Below, one piece after another: positions 36,562 to 46,076 of a stretch of DNA of 64,000 bases. Source of the stretch: Dehalococcoidia bacterium (GTDB taxonomy: Bacteria > Chloroflexota > Dehalococcoidia > Lucifugimonadales > UBA3495). The notes under the pieces are model-generated. The model saw only the letters and a list, made by a program, of their open reading frames with translations. It ran no database searches and was not told the origin of the DNA. The stretch covers positions 2,708,555-2,772,554 of the forward strand of contig OY760687.1 of assembly GCA_963663945.1 (NCBI GenBank). The letters are read 5' to 3'. The translations under genes and the position numbers were made by a program. Each line of letters starts with the position of its first letter. Position 1 is the first letter of the stretch.

Positions 36562-36863
36562 TAGAGCCCCAGCTCCCGCAACTCGGCGGCTTTGGCGTCG
36601 ATCTCCTCGGCGGTGAGGATGCCCTTCTCGATCAGCAGTAACTCCAGAGCGGCGGTCCACTTTTCGTAGTACGACAGCGCTTCGTAGCGTTCCGGAGGCA
36701 GGCTTTCGATGGCGCGGCGCATCTCGTCGGTGGTGCGTATGCCCTGCTGACCGAGCACCTGATGTACGGCATCGACGCGCCGTTCCCAATCGCTGTACTC
36801 GTGATCGGCGAGGTCAATGGGCGTGTCGTCGGGCCAACCGCCACGGTCGTGTACTGCAGGCAT
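36561..36863 (-). CDS. nitrile hydratase beta subunit, N-terminal half as a separate 100-aa protein
   Basis: MPAVHDRGGWPDD...DEMRRAIESLPPERYEALSYYEKWTAALELLLIEKG. GGAG lies upstream of ATG 36863. Confidence 0.7.
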   Translation of the reverse strand: MPAVHDRGGWPDDTPIDLADHEYSDWERRVDAVHQVLGQQGIRTTDEMRRAIESLPPERYEALSYYEKWTAALELLLIEKGILTAEEIDAKAAELRELGL

Positions 36864-36867
36864 GATC

Positions 36868-37686
36868 CTACGCTCCTTTTTCCCACATCGTCGCCACGTC
36901 CACCGAACGCATGAAGCTAACGCCGGGGAAGGTCTTGATGTACTCAATCAGGCGCTCCAGCATGAGCAGGCGCCCCGGCCGTCCGATGTACTGCGGGTGC
37001 ATGGTGAGGTTGAAGCAGCGGCCATAGCGGTACATTCCGCGGAATTCGGCCGCCCAGCTTTCAAACACCTCGTCCGGGTTCCGCATGGGTCCCAACCGGT
37101 TGGCGGAGGGGGCATAGGCGAAATGCGGAGCATCGTCCAACAGCCAATGGATGGGCAGCTCAACCAGGTTCCGTGGCGGGTCCCCACCCTGCACGAAATA
37201 CGGCGCGTCGTCGCCCATCAGGCTGCTGTCGTACTGGAAGTTGTGCTTGGCAAGCAGGTCCAGCGAGACCGGGCTGAGTTCCCAGCTGGGCGAACGATAG
37301 CCGACCGGCGCGTCACCGGTGAGTTCCCCCAGGATGCTGATGCCCTTGACCAGCACTTCCTCTTCCTTCTCGGGCGTCATGGTGGCCGGCGGCTCGTGGA
37401 TGTAGCCGTGATGGGCCACCTCGTGCCCGCGCCCTGCGATTTCGCGCACCAGGTCGGGGTGGGTTTCGGCGACATAGCCGGGGATGTAGAAGCTGCCCGG
37501 TATGCCCTGGGCGTCCAGCATGTCCAGGATGCGCGGTGTGGCCACGCTCGGCCCGTATTCCGCCATCGACAGCAGGCTGGGGTAGTTGATGAAATCGGGG
37601 TTCCGATTCAGCCAGGAGGTGATGCCGTCCACGTCGAAGGTGATGAGCGCGACGCAGCGAATGTCGTCAGGCCAGATGCCGGCCAT
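36868..37686 (-). CDS. polysaccharide deacetylase (NodB homology) family protein
   Basis: ALITFDVDG...HEVAHHGYIHE... motifs. Confidence 0.8.
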   Translation of the reverse strand: MAGIWPDDIRCVALITFDVDGITSWLNRNPDFINYPSLLSMAEYGPSVATPRILDMLDAQGIPGSFYIPGYVAETHPDLVREIAGRGHEVAHHGYIHEPPATMTPEKEEEVLVKGISILGELTGDAPVGYRSPSWELSPVSLDLLAKHNFQYDSSLMGDDAPYFVQGGDPPRNLVELPIHWLLDDAPHFAYAPSANRLGPMRNPDEVFESWAAEFRGMYRYGRCFNLTMHPQYIGRPGRLLMLERLIEYIKTFPGVSFMRSVDVATMWEKGA

Positions 37687-37757
37687 GGTGTCCCTCCCGT
37701 AAATCTAGTGGGCGGTAGCAGTTCTATCAGATCGGTCCGTACTGCACGGCAAGCGGT

Positions 37758-39038
37758 CTACCTGGCAGGGATGATATCAAAGCCGGTGTAGGGGCGCAGG
37801 ACTTCGGGGATTACCACCGACCCGTCGGGCTGCTGGTTGTTCTCCAGGATGGCGATAATCACCCGCGGCAGGGCCAGGCCCGACCCGTTCAGGGTGTGGA
37901 CGAAGCGCGGCCGCTCACCCACTCCGGGCCGGTAGCGCACGTTCGCGCGACGGGCCTGGAAATCCGTGCAATTGGAGCAGGACGACACTTCCAGCCATTC
38001 CTGGGAACCGGCGGCCCAGACCTCGATGTCATAGGACTTGGCCGACGGGAAGGAGATGTCGCCGGCACACAGTTGCAGGATGCGGTAAGGCAGGTCAAGG
38101 CGCTGGCATACCGCCTCGGCGTTTGCCAACAGCGCCTCAAGCTCATCGAAGGAGGTGTCCGGCTCGACAAACTTGTACATCTCCACCTTGTTGAACTGGT
38201 GGACCCGCTTGATGCCCCGCGTGTCCCGTCCTGCCGCCGCCTTTTCGCGGCGGAAGCACGGGGTATGCGCGACGTAATAGAGGGGCAGATCATCGGCGGT
38301 GAGGATCTCGTCCCGGTGCAGGTTGGTGACGGGCACCTCCGCAGTGGGAATGAGCCAGAGGTCATCCTCATCATCGTGGTAGAGATTGTCGGCAAACAAC
38401 GGCAGGTTACCGGAACCCTCCATGATCTCGCGGCGCACCAGGATGGGAAGCGCAACCTCCGTGTAGCCGTGCTCGCCGCCGTGCAGGTCCAGCATCCAGG
38501 AGATGATGGCCCGCTCCAGCCTCGCGCCGTAACCGTTCAACGTGTAGAACCGGCTGCCGGAGAGCTTGACGCCCCGCTGAAAGTCGATGATTCCGAGATC
38601 CTCGGCCAGATCCCAGTGTGGCTTCGCTTCAAATTCCAGGGTGGTCGACTCGCCCCAGTGGCGCAGCACCACGTTGCCGGTCTCGTCAACGCCTTCCGGT
38701 GTGCTGACGTCCGGCAGGTTAGGCAATGCGAGCATGGCGTCGTTAATCCGGGCGTCCAGATCGCGCACCAGGTCTTCCAGCTCATTGATGCGGCGGCCGA
38801 CGTCTCGCATCTCGGCGACGATACTTTCATCCGGCTGGCCGCCCTGAGACCGAGATTGGCCAATTTCGCGGGACACCGCGTTGCGGCGGGCGCGAAGTTC
38901 GTCGCCGTCGGTGATCGCCACACGCCTTTGGGCGTCCATGGCCAGGATTTCATCCAGGCAATCCTCGTCCTCTGCGCGGCGGATCAGGGCGGCGCGAACT
39001 ATGTCAGTATCGTTACGGATTTGTTCAAGGGAAAGCAT
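37758..39038 (-). CDS. serS: seryl-tRNA synthetase
   Basis: N-terminal coiled coil, then class II motifs (...FRREKAAAGRDTRGIKRVHQF.KVE...GSGLA.PR). Confidence 0.95.
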   Translation of the reverse strand: MLSLEQIRNDTDIVRAALIRRAEDEDCLDEILAMDAQRRVAITDGDELRARRNAVSREIGQSRSQGGQPDESIVAEMRDVGRRINELEDLVRDLDARINDAMLALPNLPDVSTPEGVDETGNVVLRHWGESTTLEFEAKPHWDLAEDLGIIDFQRGVKLSGSRFYTLNGYGARLERAIISWMLDLHGGEHGYTEVALPILVRREIMEGSGNLPLFADNLYHDDEDDLWLIPTAEVPVTNLHRDEILTADDLPLYYVAHTPCFRREKAAAGRDTRGIKRVHQFNKVEMYKFVEPDTSFDELEALLANAEAVCQRLDLPYRILQLCAGDISFPSAKSYDIEVWAAGSQEWLEVSSCSNCTDFQARRANVRYRPGVGERPRFVHTLNGSGLALPRVIIAILENNQQPDGSVVIPEVLRPYTGFDIIPAR

Positions 39039-39049
39039 CGTGGGTTCAG

Positions 39050-39742
39050 TTACACCAAGTCGAAAATCAACTCCCGAACGGCAAAGGTGAAACCGGGCAG
39101 CACCTCCTCGCCGTCGAGCATGTCAGGTTCAGCCAGCAGCTCAGGTTCAGCCACGCCGGCGCGGTAGACGCGCACGGTGCGCTCTAGAGGGTCGATGAGC
39201 CAGCCAAGCTTTGCGCCATTGTCCATGTATTCCCGCATCTTTGCCAGGAGAGGCTGTAGTGACCGCTGGGAGGTCGACCTGATTTCGACCACGAAATCGG
39301 GGCAGTAGGGTCGCGCACGTGGCGGATCTGATGGCGGTGGAACAATCTTGTCGCGAGTCGTCCAAGCCACATCCGGGCTTCGGATGGCGCCGTTAGCCAA
39401 TCGGAACGCACTGGTTGGACCGGTCACTATGCCCGGTCGGCCACTCCGGATGTTCCACTCGCGCAACTCTCCATAAGACTCGCCTTCCTGTTCGTCCGAT
39501 GGAGGGTAGGTGGGAGGCATGAGTTCGATAACTCCGTCTGCGGCGAGTTCCATCTGCCAGAGGTATTCCTGGTTGGCCGCCGCCAACTCCCAAAACCAAC
39601 GTTCGCAGGCATCAGGTCCCGCTTCGATCACGGCACCAGGCAGTCGCAGCGCAATGGGCAACACGTCCAACGCGCCAACCATCTCTGCGACGGGCAGGTC
39701 CGGTCCCGTTTGCGGCCTGGGATGAGTAGGGGCCGTTGTCAT
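39050..39742 (-). CDS. Uma2 (DUF820) family endonuclease
   Basis: ...PDVAWT...PDFVVEIRSTS...KMREYMDNGAKLGWLIDP matches the PD-(D/E)xK Uma2 pattern. The true start may be internal. Confidence 0.7.
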   Translation of the reverse strand: MTTAPTHPRPQTGPDLPVAEMVGALDVLPIALRLPGAVIEAGPDACERWFWELAAANQEYLWQMELAADGVIELMPPTYPPSDEQEGESYGELREWNIRSGRPGIVTGPTSAFRLANGAIRSPDVAWTTRDKIVPPPSDPPRARPYCPDFVVEIRSTSQRSLQPLLAKMREYMDNGAKLGWLIDPLERTVRVYRAGVAEPELLAEPDMLDGEEVLPGFTFAVRELIFDLV

Positions 39743-39747
39743 ACTGG

Positions 39748-41379
39748 TTACCCGATCTCGGGCTCCTGATCGGTTGTCGCGTCATCCGTCCCGCTGCGCC
39801 CATCCATCGCGGCGGTAGAGGTGGCAGGTGGGAGGATGGCTTCAGCCTCTATCGGGATCCTGGAGCGCATCTGCGGAAATAGTAGCACATCGCGTATCGT
39901 GGACTGGCCGGTCAGCAGCATGACCAGCCGGTCGATGCCGATGCCGAGACCGCCGGTGGGCGGCATGCCGTATTCCAGGGCGGTCAGGAAATCGTCGTCG
40001 GTGCGGTCGGCTTCCTCGTCGTTGTAGGCGTCGCGTTGGTGCTCCTGCGCGGCGAACCGGGCCCGCTGGACCTCGGGATCGTTCAGCTCGGTGTATGAGT
40101 TGGCGATCTCCATGCCCGCGGCAAAGGCTTCGAACCGTTCGACGTAGCCTGGCTTGTCGGGGTGTCCCTTGGCCAGAGGCGACATGTCCTCGGGGTAGTC
40201 GATCAGGAAGGACGGCTGGACGAGGTGAGGCTCCACGTAGACCGAGAGCATCTTGTCGATGAGGCGCCCGCGGGCCTCTCTCGGAGCGGGTTCCAAACCC
40301 AGTTCGCGGCACTTTCCGGTAAGCGATTCGGCGTCGGGGTAGTCTTCAATGTCAACGCCGCTCCGCCGCTGCAATTCCTCACGCAGCGATAGCCGAGGCC
40401 ACGGTGGCGTGAAGTCGATCACTTCGTCTCCCATCGCGATCTGCATCGAACCATGCACATCCTGCGCCAGCGATGAAACCAGCGACTCCACCATCTCCAT
40501 CACCGCGTTGTAATCGGCGTAGGCTTCGTAGGATTCCAGCAGGGTGAACTCAGGATTGTGGTCCTGATCTATGCCCTCGTTGCGGAAAACTCGCCCAATC
40601 TCATACACCTTGTCCAGCCCACCGACGATCAGGCGCTTGAGGTACAACTCAGTGGCAATGCGCAGGTATAGCTGCTCGTCCAGGGCATTGTGGTGGGTGA
40701 TGAAAGGTCGGGCGTGGGCGCCGGCAGGGATCGGCACCAGGATGGGCGTGTCCACCTCGACGAAACCGCGCCCATCCAGGAAGCGGCGAATGCCGCTGAT
40801 GATGCGACTGCGCTGCACGAAGGTGTCGGCGACCTCGGGGTTGGCGATCAGGTCCAGGTAGCGTTGGCGGTAACGGGTTTCGACATCCCTCAACCCGTGC
40901 CATTTCTCGGGCAGGGGACGCATTCCCTTGGCGAGAATGGTCAGGCCATGCGCCTCGATGGTGGGCTGGCCGGTGCGGGTTCGTATCATGTTGCCGTCGA
41001 CACCCAGGAAATCGCCGAGATCGAGGTCCTGCAGCGCAGCGTACTCGTCGCCCAGAACGTTCTGCCGCAACATGGCCTGCATCGTACCCGAAGCATCGCG
41101 CAGATCGAGAAAGGCGGCGCGGCCCATCACGCGCATGGACACGATGCGACCGGCGACGCTGATCCCCGCCGCGCGGTCGGGCGCCTGGGCTTCCTCAGCG
41201 GCCTCGAACAGCTTGATGGCTTCGTCGGTGGTGCAACTGCGCTTGAACCGCGGCGGATAGGGATCTACGCCACGTTGCCGGATGCGCTGCAGTTTCGCGC
41301 GCCGGCTATCCAGGTTGGCCTGGAGGCTACCGGGATTCTCCGCTGGCGAATCCTGGATGGTTTCGGGTGTTTCCGGCAT
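39748..41379 (-). CDS. lysS: lysyl-tRNA synthetase (class II)
   Basis: OB-fold N-domain, FVEVDTPIL, RIATELYLKRL, FRNEG and GGLGIGIDRLVMLL. Confidence 0.95.
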   Translation of the reverse strand: MPETPETIQDSPAENPGSLQANLDSRRAKLQRIRQRGVDPYPPRFKRSCTTDEAIKLFEAAEEAQAPDRAAGISVAGRIVSMRVMGRAAFLDLRDASGTMQAMLRQNVLGDEYAALQDLDLGDFLGVDGNMIRTRTGQPTIEAHGLTILAKGMRPLPEKWHGLRDVETRYRQRYLDLIANPEVADTFVQRSRIISGIRRFLDGRGFVEVDTPILVPIPAGAHARPFITHHNALDEQLYLRIATELYLKRLIVGGLDKVYEIGRVFRNEGIDQDHNPEFTLLESYEAYADYNAVMEMVESLVSSLAQDVHGSMQIAMGDEVIDFTPPWPRLSLREELQRRSGVDIEDYPDAESLTGKCRELGLEPAPREARGRLIDKMLSVYVEPHLVQPSFLIDYPEDMSPLAKGHPDKPGYVERFEAFAAGMEIANSYTELNDPEVQRARFAAQEHQRDAYNDEEADRTDDDFLTALEYGMPPTGGLGIGIDRLVMLLTGQSTIRDVLLFPQMRSRIPIEAEAILPPATSTAAMDGRSGTDDATTDQEPEIG

Positions 41380-41778
41380 CAGTAGTTGAGTGTGGGAAGT
41401 GGCGCTTAGCCAAGTCTGATTTCGATCGTGTCAACCGGGCTTGCAGATTGCAAGGGCGTGGACCTGTCGTGAGGTACGTGTGTTTCAGGTTGGCGGTCTG
41501 GCACGCTTTGCCGGATCGCCCGGGCTCCCACGGACGGAAACGCAACGGTTGGCCCCACGAAGGCCCGACATTAAACCGGGGAGAGGCTGTGTCAGCCTGC
41601 TCCCTTGGCTGAAATTGTAAATCTGCGGCCTCAGGTTGTAAAGCGAAACCGGGACAACTTTGCGATCATGTGCAAAGACAATCAGAAACCATTGCGTTTA
41701 GAATTCAACACGATTGACGCCCGCCATAGTCGGCCACGATCGATATACAGTCCGGTAACGATTGAGTGAGGTGAATAG

Positions 41779-42321
41779 ATGATCCAGAGAATGATCGGAG
41801 CGGCGTTGTTCAACGCCGAAACATACGAGGAAATCGAAGCAGATCCGGGAGCAATCGGGCAGGCCATACTGGTGGTGCTGCTGGTGACCCTCTGTGGCGC
41901 CGTCGGCGGAGTCATCGGCGGCCTGTTGGGCGACGCCTCGGCGCTCAAGATTTTATTTGGCGTCATCGCCGGCCTGGTGTTCGGCATCGTGCGGTGGGCT
42001 ATCTGGGTGTCCGTGCTCAGCCTGGTGGGCGGCATGATGCTGCGCACCGGAAGCACCCACACCAGTTGGGCAGAGATCGGCCGAGTGGTCGGCTTCGCGT
42101 ACACGCCGGGTATTCTGTCGATCTTCAGCTTCGTGCCGTTCATCGGCTGGCTGTTCCCGGTGATCGCCTGGTTCTGGACTCTTGCTGCGGTGACCGTGGC
42201 GGTGCGCCAGGCGCTGGACTTCGAGTCGACGGGTCGGGCAATTGCTGTGGTACTGGTTGCCGCGGTGATCGGGTTCATTCCGTGGATCATAATCATCATT
42301 GTCCAGGCCACACTGCTTTAA
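41779..42321 (+). CDS. Yip1-family membrane protein
   Basis: N-terminal MIGAALFNAETYEEIEADP followed by 5 TM segments. Confidence 0.65.
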   Translation: MIQRMIGAALFNAETYEEIEADPGAIGQAILVVLLVTLCGAVGGVIGGLLGDASALKILFGVIAGLVFGIVRWAIWVSVLSLVGGMMLRTGSTHTSWAEIGRVVGFAYTPGILSIFSFVPFIGWLFPVIAWFWTLAAVTVAVRQALDFESTGRAIAVVLVAAVIGFIPWIIIIIVQATLL

Positions 42322-42359
42322 ACCAATCTCGCGCAGCCCCCTCGCCAGCGGGCATTTGT

Positions 42360-42388
42360 CGGGCCGGCCATCAGACGGCCGGCCCGAT
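42360..42388 (+). terminator. strong hairpin after the Yip1 gene (no U-run)
   Basis: TCGGGCCGGCC-ATCAGAC-GGCCGGCCCGA, an 11-bp stem. Confidence 0.4.
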
Positions 42389-42674
42389 GCTGAAACCAAA
42401 TCTCATTCAAATCCTGTCCCGAGCCGCAGGCGTCGCGATTTTCGACCAGGCCGCCCGCCGGGAAATCTTGTCCCCCACTTGATTGTCGGTGATCAGTTGC
42501 GGCGGCCATCCGGGGCAGGGGTACGCGTTCCGGCACGCGTTTGATTCGGAGCCCACTACTCGGGTCACTATTATGGTGGCGGCAGTTTGGGCATAGGAGA
42601 CCGCCATCGGGTACGTCTTATAGTTCGCGTCCATTTGCTGTAATCTTGCCGCCAAAGACAACCTCAAACAGGCG

Positions 42675-43421
42675 GTGAAACGCGCCATGCGTGACAAGTG
42701 GGCAATTCGCGAATCGGTCTGGACTTCGCTGGAAACGGCCCGCGTAGTCCGGGGAAAGTCGGTACACGACAAGATCCCCAACTTCATCGGCAGCGAGGCG
42801 GCGGCAGCCCTGGCGTCAGAGCTACCGGAGTGGGAAGCCGCCCACGCCATCAAGAGCAACCCCGATCAGGCGCAGCGTCCCCTGCGTCAACTCGCCCTGG
42901 AGCAGGGCAAGCTGCTGTACATGGCGGTGCCGAGGCTCAAGGACGAGCGGGTGTTTATCGAGCTCGACCCTGCCCGCGCCGAGGTCGTGCCGGCCAAAGC
43001 GGCCACGATATCCGGAGCGTTCAAGGTAGGCCGGCCGGTGTACGTGCACGAGATGCAGCCCATCGACCTGGTGGTTTCCGGATCGGTGGCGGTGAACAGT
43101 CAGGGCGTACGGATCGGAAAAGGCGGCGGGTTCGCTGACCTGGAATATGGCCTCGCGGCGGCGGCCGGTGTCGTCAGGCCGGGCACGCCTGTGGTCAGCA
43201 CGGTCCACCCCATGCAACTACTGGACGAGGACCTGCCCTGGACGCAACACGACGTGCCATTGGACATAGTGGTAACCACCGACGCAGTTATCCGATGCAG
43301 CAGCAACCAAAATGAATTGCCACGTCCCAAGGGCATTTACTGGGAGGACCTGGACGAGCGCAAGATACGATCGATCCCGTTGCTGGCGAAACTGCGCGAG
43401 GAGAACCCAACCAACGGTTGA
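42675..43421 (+). CDS. 5-formyltetrahydrofolate cyclo-ligase family protein
   Basis: ...VVSGSVAVNSQGVRIGKGGGFADLEY... matches the family core. Confidence 0.7.
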   Translation: MKRAMRDKWAIRESVWTSLETARVVRGKSVHDKIPNFIGSEAAAALASELPEWEAAHAIKSNPDQAQRPLRQLALEQGKLLYMAVPRLKDERVFIELDPARAEVVPAKAATISGAFKVGRPVYVHEMQPIDLVVSGSVAVNSQGVRIGKGGGFADLEYGLAAAAGVVRPGTPVVSTVHPMQLLDEDLPWTQHDVPLDIVVTTDAVIRCSSNQNELPRPKGIYWEDLDERKIRSIPLLAKLREENPTNG

Positions 43422-43453
43422 CGCCGGACTCAACCGGGTAACCCGCGACACAG

Positions 43454-43479
43454 AAGGGGCGGCCGGTTGGCCGCCCCTT
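43454..43479. terminator. bidirectional terminator hairpin between convergent genes
   Basis: AAGGGGCGGCC-GGTT-GGCCGCCCCTT. Confidence 0.6.
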
Positions 43480-43511
43480 ATCACGCTGGGTTTCCCCGCA
43501 GTGGCCCGAGG

Positions 43512-44285
43512 CTAGGACTCGAGCTTGACCGGATTGCGCAGCACGCCGATGCCGCTGATGTCGATCTCGCAGACGGCGCCGTCGGCCATGTCGGACGTGG
43601 TGCCCGGCGTGCCGGTGAAGATGCAGTCGCCAGCCTCCAGGGTCACGTACTTCGTGATGAACTCGATCATCGTGGGCACGTCGAAGATGAGGTGCGCGGT
43701 GGTCTCGTTCTGCTCCTCGTTGCCGTTGACGCGGGTCCGCAGGTGCTGGGCGTGTGGGTCTACCTCGGTCTCGATCCATGGGCCCATGGGCGAGAAGGTG
43801 TCGGCGGACTTGGCGCGCCACCAGTCGGAGTTGTTCTCCCTGCGGTCCTTCTGCTGCCAGTCGCGCGCGCTGACGTCGTTGCCGCAGGTGTAGCCAAGCA
43901 CGTGGTTCAGGGCGTCGGCCTTGGAAACGTTGCGACACTTGTCCTTGATGACCACGACCATCTCACCCTCGGCGTCGAAGCGCTGGACTTCCTTCGGCCG
44001 GACGATGGCGTCCTCGGGGCCGATGACGCTGGTGGGGGTCTTGTGGAAGATCATGGGGTATTCAGGCGCGGGCCGGTCGCCGATGTGGCTGGTGTAGTTC
44101 AGGCCCATGGCGAGGATTTTTCCCGGCATCACCGGCGACAGCAGTTTGACATCGGACAGTGCGTGGATGTGGTCGGTCAGCTTGATCTCAGAGTCGAAGA
44201 TGCTGCCGTCGATGGCGGTAATGTTGTCGCCGTCAATGACGCCGAAATGCTCGGCTCCGTGGGCGAGGTAGCGTGCAATTCTCAT
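43512..44285 (-). CDS. fumarylacetoacetate hydrolase (FAH) family protein
   Basis: ...LNYTSH..., FDAEGEMVVVI and GDCIFTGTPGT. Confidence 0.85.
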   Translation of the reverse strand: MRIARYLAHGAEHFGVIDGDNITAIDGSIFDSEIKLTDHIHALSDVKLLSPVMPGKILAMGLNYTSHIGDRPAPEYPMIFHKTPTSVIGPEDAIVRPKEVQRFDAEGEMVVVIKDKCRNVSKADALNHVLGYTCGNDVSARDWQQKDRRENNSDWWRAKSADTFSPMGPWIETEVDPHAQHLRTRVNGNEEQNETTAHLIFDVPTMIEFITKYVTLEAGDCIFTGTPGTTSDMADGAVCEIDISGIGVLRNPVKLES

Positions 44286-44357
44286 AGCAGGGATGCCTCC
44301 GTTGGGATGTGATGACCTTTTTTGGCGTGCGATATTGTACCAAAAGCGGCTGGACGG

Positions 44358-45392
44358 TCAGTGTTCGATGACCAGCTTGCCGAAGAAGTCCCGGTCGTGC
44401 ATCACCTGGTGCGCCTCGCCGACCTCCTCCAGCGGGAAGGTGCGGCCGACGATGCCACGCAGCGCCCCCTGGTTCACCATCTTCATGGCGTCGGCCATGG
44501 TGCGCCGTGAGCGGCCGCCGCTGCCCATCAGGTGCAGGGGCTTGCCATGCAGAATGGACAGATCCATCGGTGTCTGGCTGCCAGAGGTGACGCCGGTTAT
44601 GACCAACCGGCCTTCATGCTTCAGGCTCAGCATGTTCTCATGCCACACGTCCGCGCCCACGCAGTCGTACACCACGTCCACGCCCTGCCCGTCGGTCAAT
44701 TCCTTGACGCGCTCGCTGACGCTGTCCACCTCGCGGTAGTTGATGACCTCATCAGCGCCCCACTTCTTCGCCTCTTCCAGCTTCCAGTCGCTGCCGGCGG
44801 TTGTGATCACCCGGCAGCCCATCATCTTGGCGATCTGGATGCCCATGCTGCCCACGCCGGAGCCGCCGGCCTGCACCAGCACGTCGTCCCAGGGCTGCAG
44901 CTTGGCCTGGGTGATGAGGCAATGCCATGAGGTGTGCAGCGCTATGGGCAACGCCGCGGCCTCGGCGAAGGACATCTCGTCCGGGATGGTGTAGGCGTTT
45001 ACCGCCGGCGCGACCACATACTCCGCGTGTCCGCCGTCCAGGTCGACGCCGATGCGCTGCTGGCGGATGCACCACTGGTCGTGACCGGCGGCGCAGTGCT
45101 CGCACAGGTTATGTCCGCCGCACTTGACCCGGTTGTCGATCAGGATACGGTCGCCGACCTTGAGATCGGTGCCGGAGTCGGGGCTGACCTGCACGACCTC
45201 GCCGGCCATATCACAACCGAGGACGTGCGGAAACCGGCGGCAACTGCCGGCGCGCAGGTTCAGGTCCAAATGGTTCAACGCGCTGCCCCCGACGCGGATC
45301 AGTATCTCGCCGGGGCTGATTTCGGGGTCCGGCCGGTCGCCGTGCACCAGCACGTCGGTGCCGCCCGTTTCGTTGATGTAAACCGCCTTCAT
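44358..45392 (-). CDS. MDR-family zinc-binding dehydrogenase / quinone oxidoreductase
   Basis: GGSALNHLDL..., GCDMAGEV and QAGGSGVG. Confidence 0.85.
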   Translation of the reverse strand: MKAVYINETGGTDVLVHGDRPDPEISPGEILIRVGGSALNHLDLNLRAGSCRRFPHVLGCDMAGEVVQVSPDSGTDLKVGDRILIDNRVKCGGHNLCEHCAAGHDQWCIRQQRIGVDLDGGHAEYVVAPAVNAYTIPDEMSFAEAAALPIALHTSWHCLITQAKLQPWDDVLVQAGGSGVGSMGIQIAKMMGCRVITTAGSDWKLEEAKKWGADEVINYREVDSVSERVKELTDGQGVDVVYDCVGADVWHENMLSLKHEGRLVITGVTSGSQTPMDLSILHGKPLHLMGSGGRSRRTMADAMKMVNQGALRGIVGRTFPLEEVGEAHQVMHDRDFFGKLVIEH

Positions 45393-45509
45393 GGTAAGTT
45401 CCCTCCGAATGGCAATGGTAACGACGGCAGTGTAAAGGCGCGGCGATAAGCGGGCAAATCAGTGATAGAGTCGGCGCCGCGCAATCTACGAATCGGGACG
45501 ACACCGACC

Positions 45510-45914
45510 ATGGAATTTGTGGCTAACCCTACCGAACACCAACTGGCCGAGATCGAGCACGGTCTGAATGAGTACAACGCCGGCGTGGTCTCCGCCCGCT
45601 CGGTTACCCCGGTGCAAGCCGTCTTCGTCGAATCGGGTTGCGTCGTGGCTGGGGTTGTCGCCGCCGCATACTGGGGAAAGCTCCATGTGAGGCTGCTGTG
45701 GGTGCATCCTGATCACCAACGCGAGGGTTTGGGCAGCCGCCTGATGCACTGGGCCGAGGAGCGTGGCCGAGAGCTGAACTGCCTTTCTGTCCTGGTCGAT
45801 ACCATGTCATTCCAGGCTCCCGAGTTTTACGCCAGGCTGGGTTACCGCCAATTTGCAGTGTCCGAAGGATATGAGGGTGGAGCCAGCCGGCATTATTTCG
45901 AAAAGAATCTGTAG
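45510..45914 (+). CDS. GNAT-family N-acetyltransferase
   Basis: LWVHPDHQREGLGSRLMHWAE is an acetyl-CoA binding motif (Q/RxxGxG). Confidence 0.7.
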   Translation: MEFVANPTEHQLAEIEHGLNEYNAGVVSARSVTPVQAVFVESGCVVAGVVAAAYWGKLHVRLLWVHPDHQREGLGSRLMHWAEERGRELNCLSVLVDTMSFQAPEFYARLGYRQFAVSEGYEGGASRHYFEKNL

Positions 45915-46076
45915 CGGCCACCTGCGAGTCGCGGTGAGATTCACCGGGTAAACCCTGCCAGCATCGCGAAACGCCCCTGCGCGAACGAGCATGGCGAAGA
46001 AACCATCCTCGCGTTTCCTGCTACAATCCGTTCCATCCCAACTATCCATGCCAACAGCCCTCACGGAGGCACTCCC

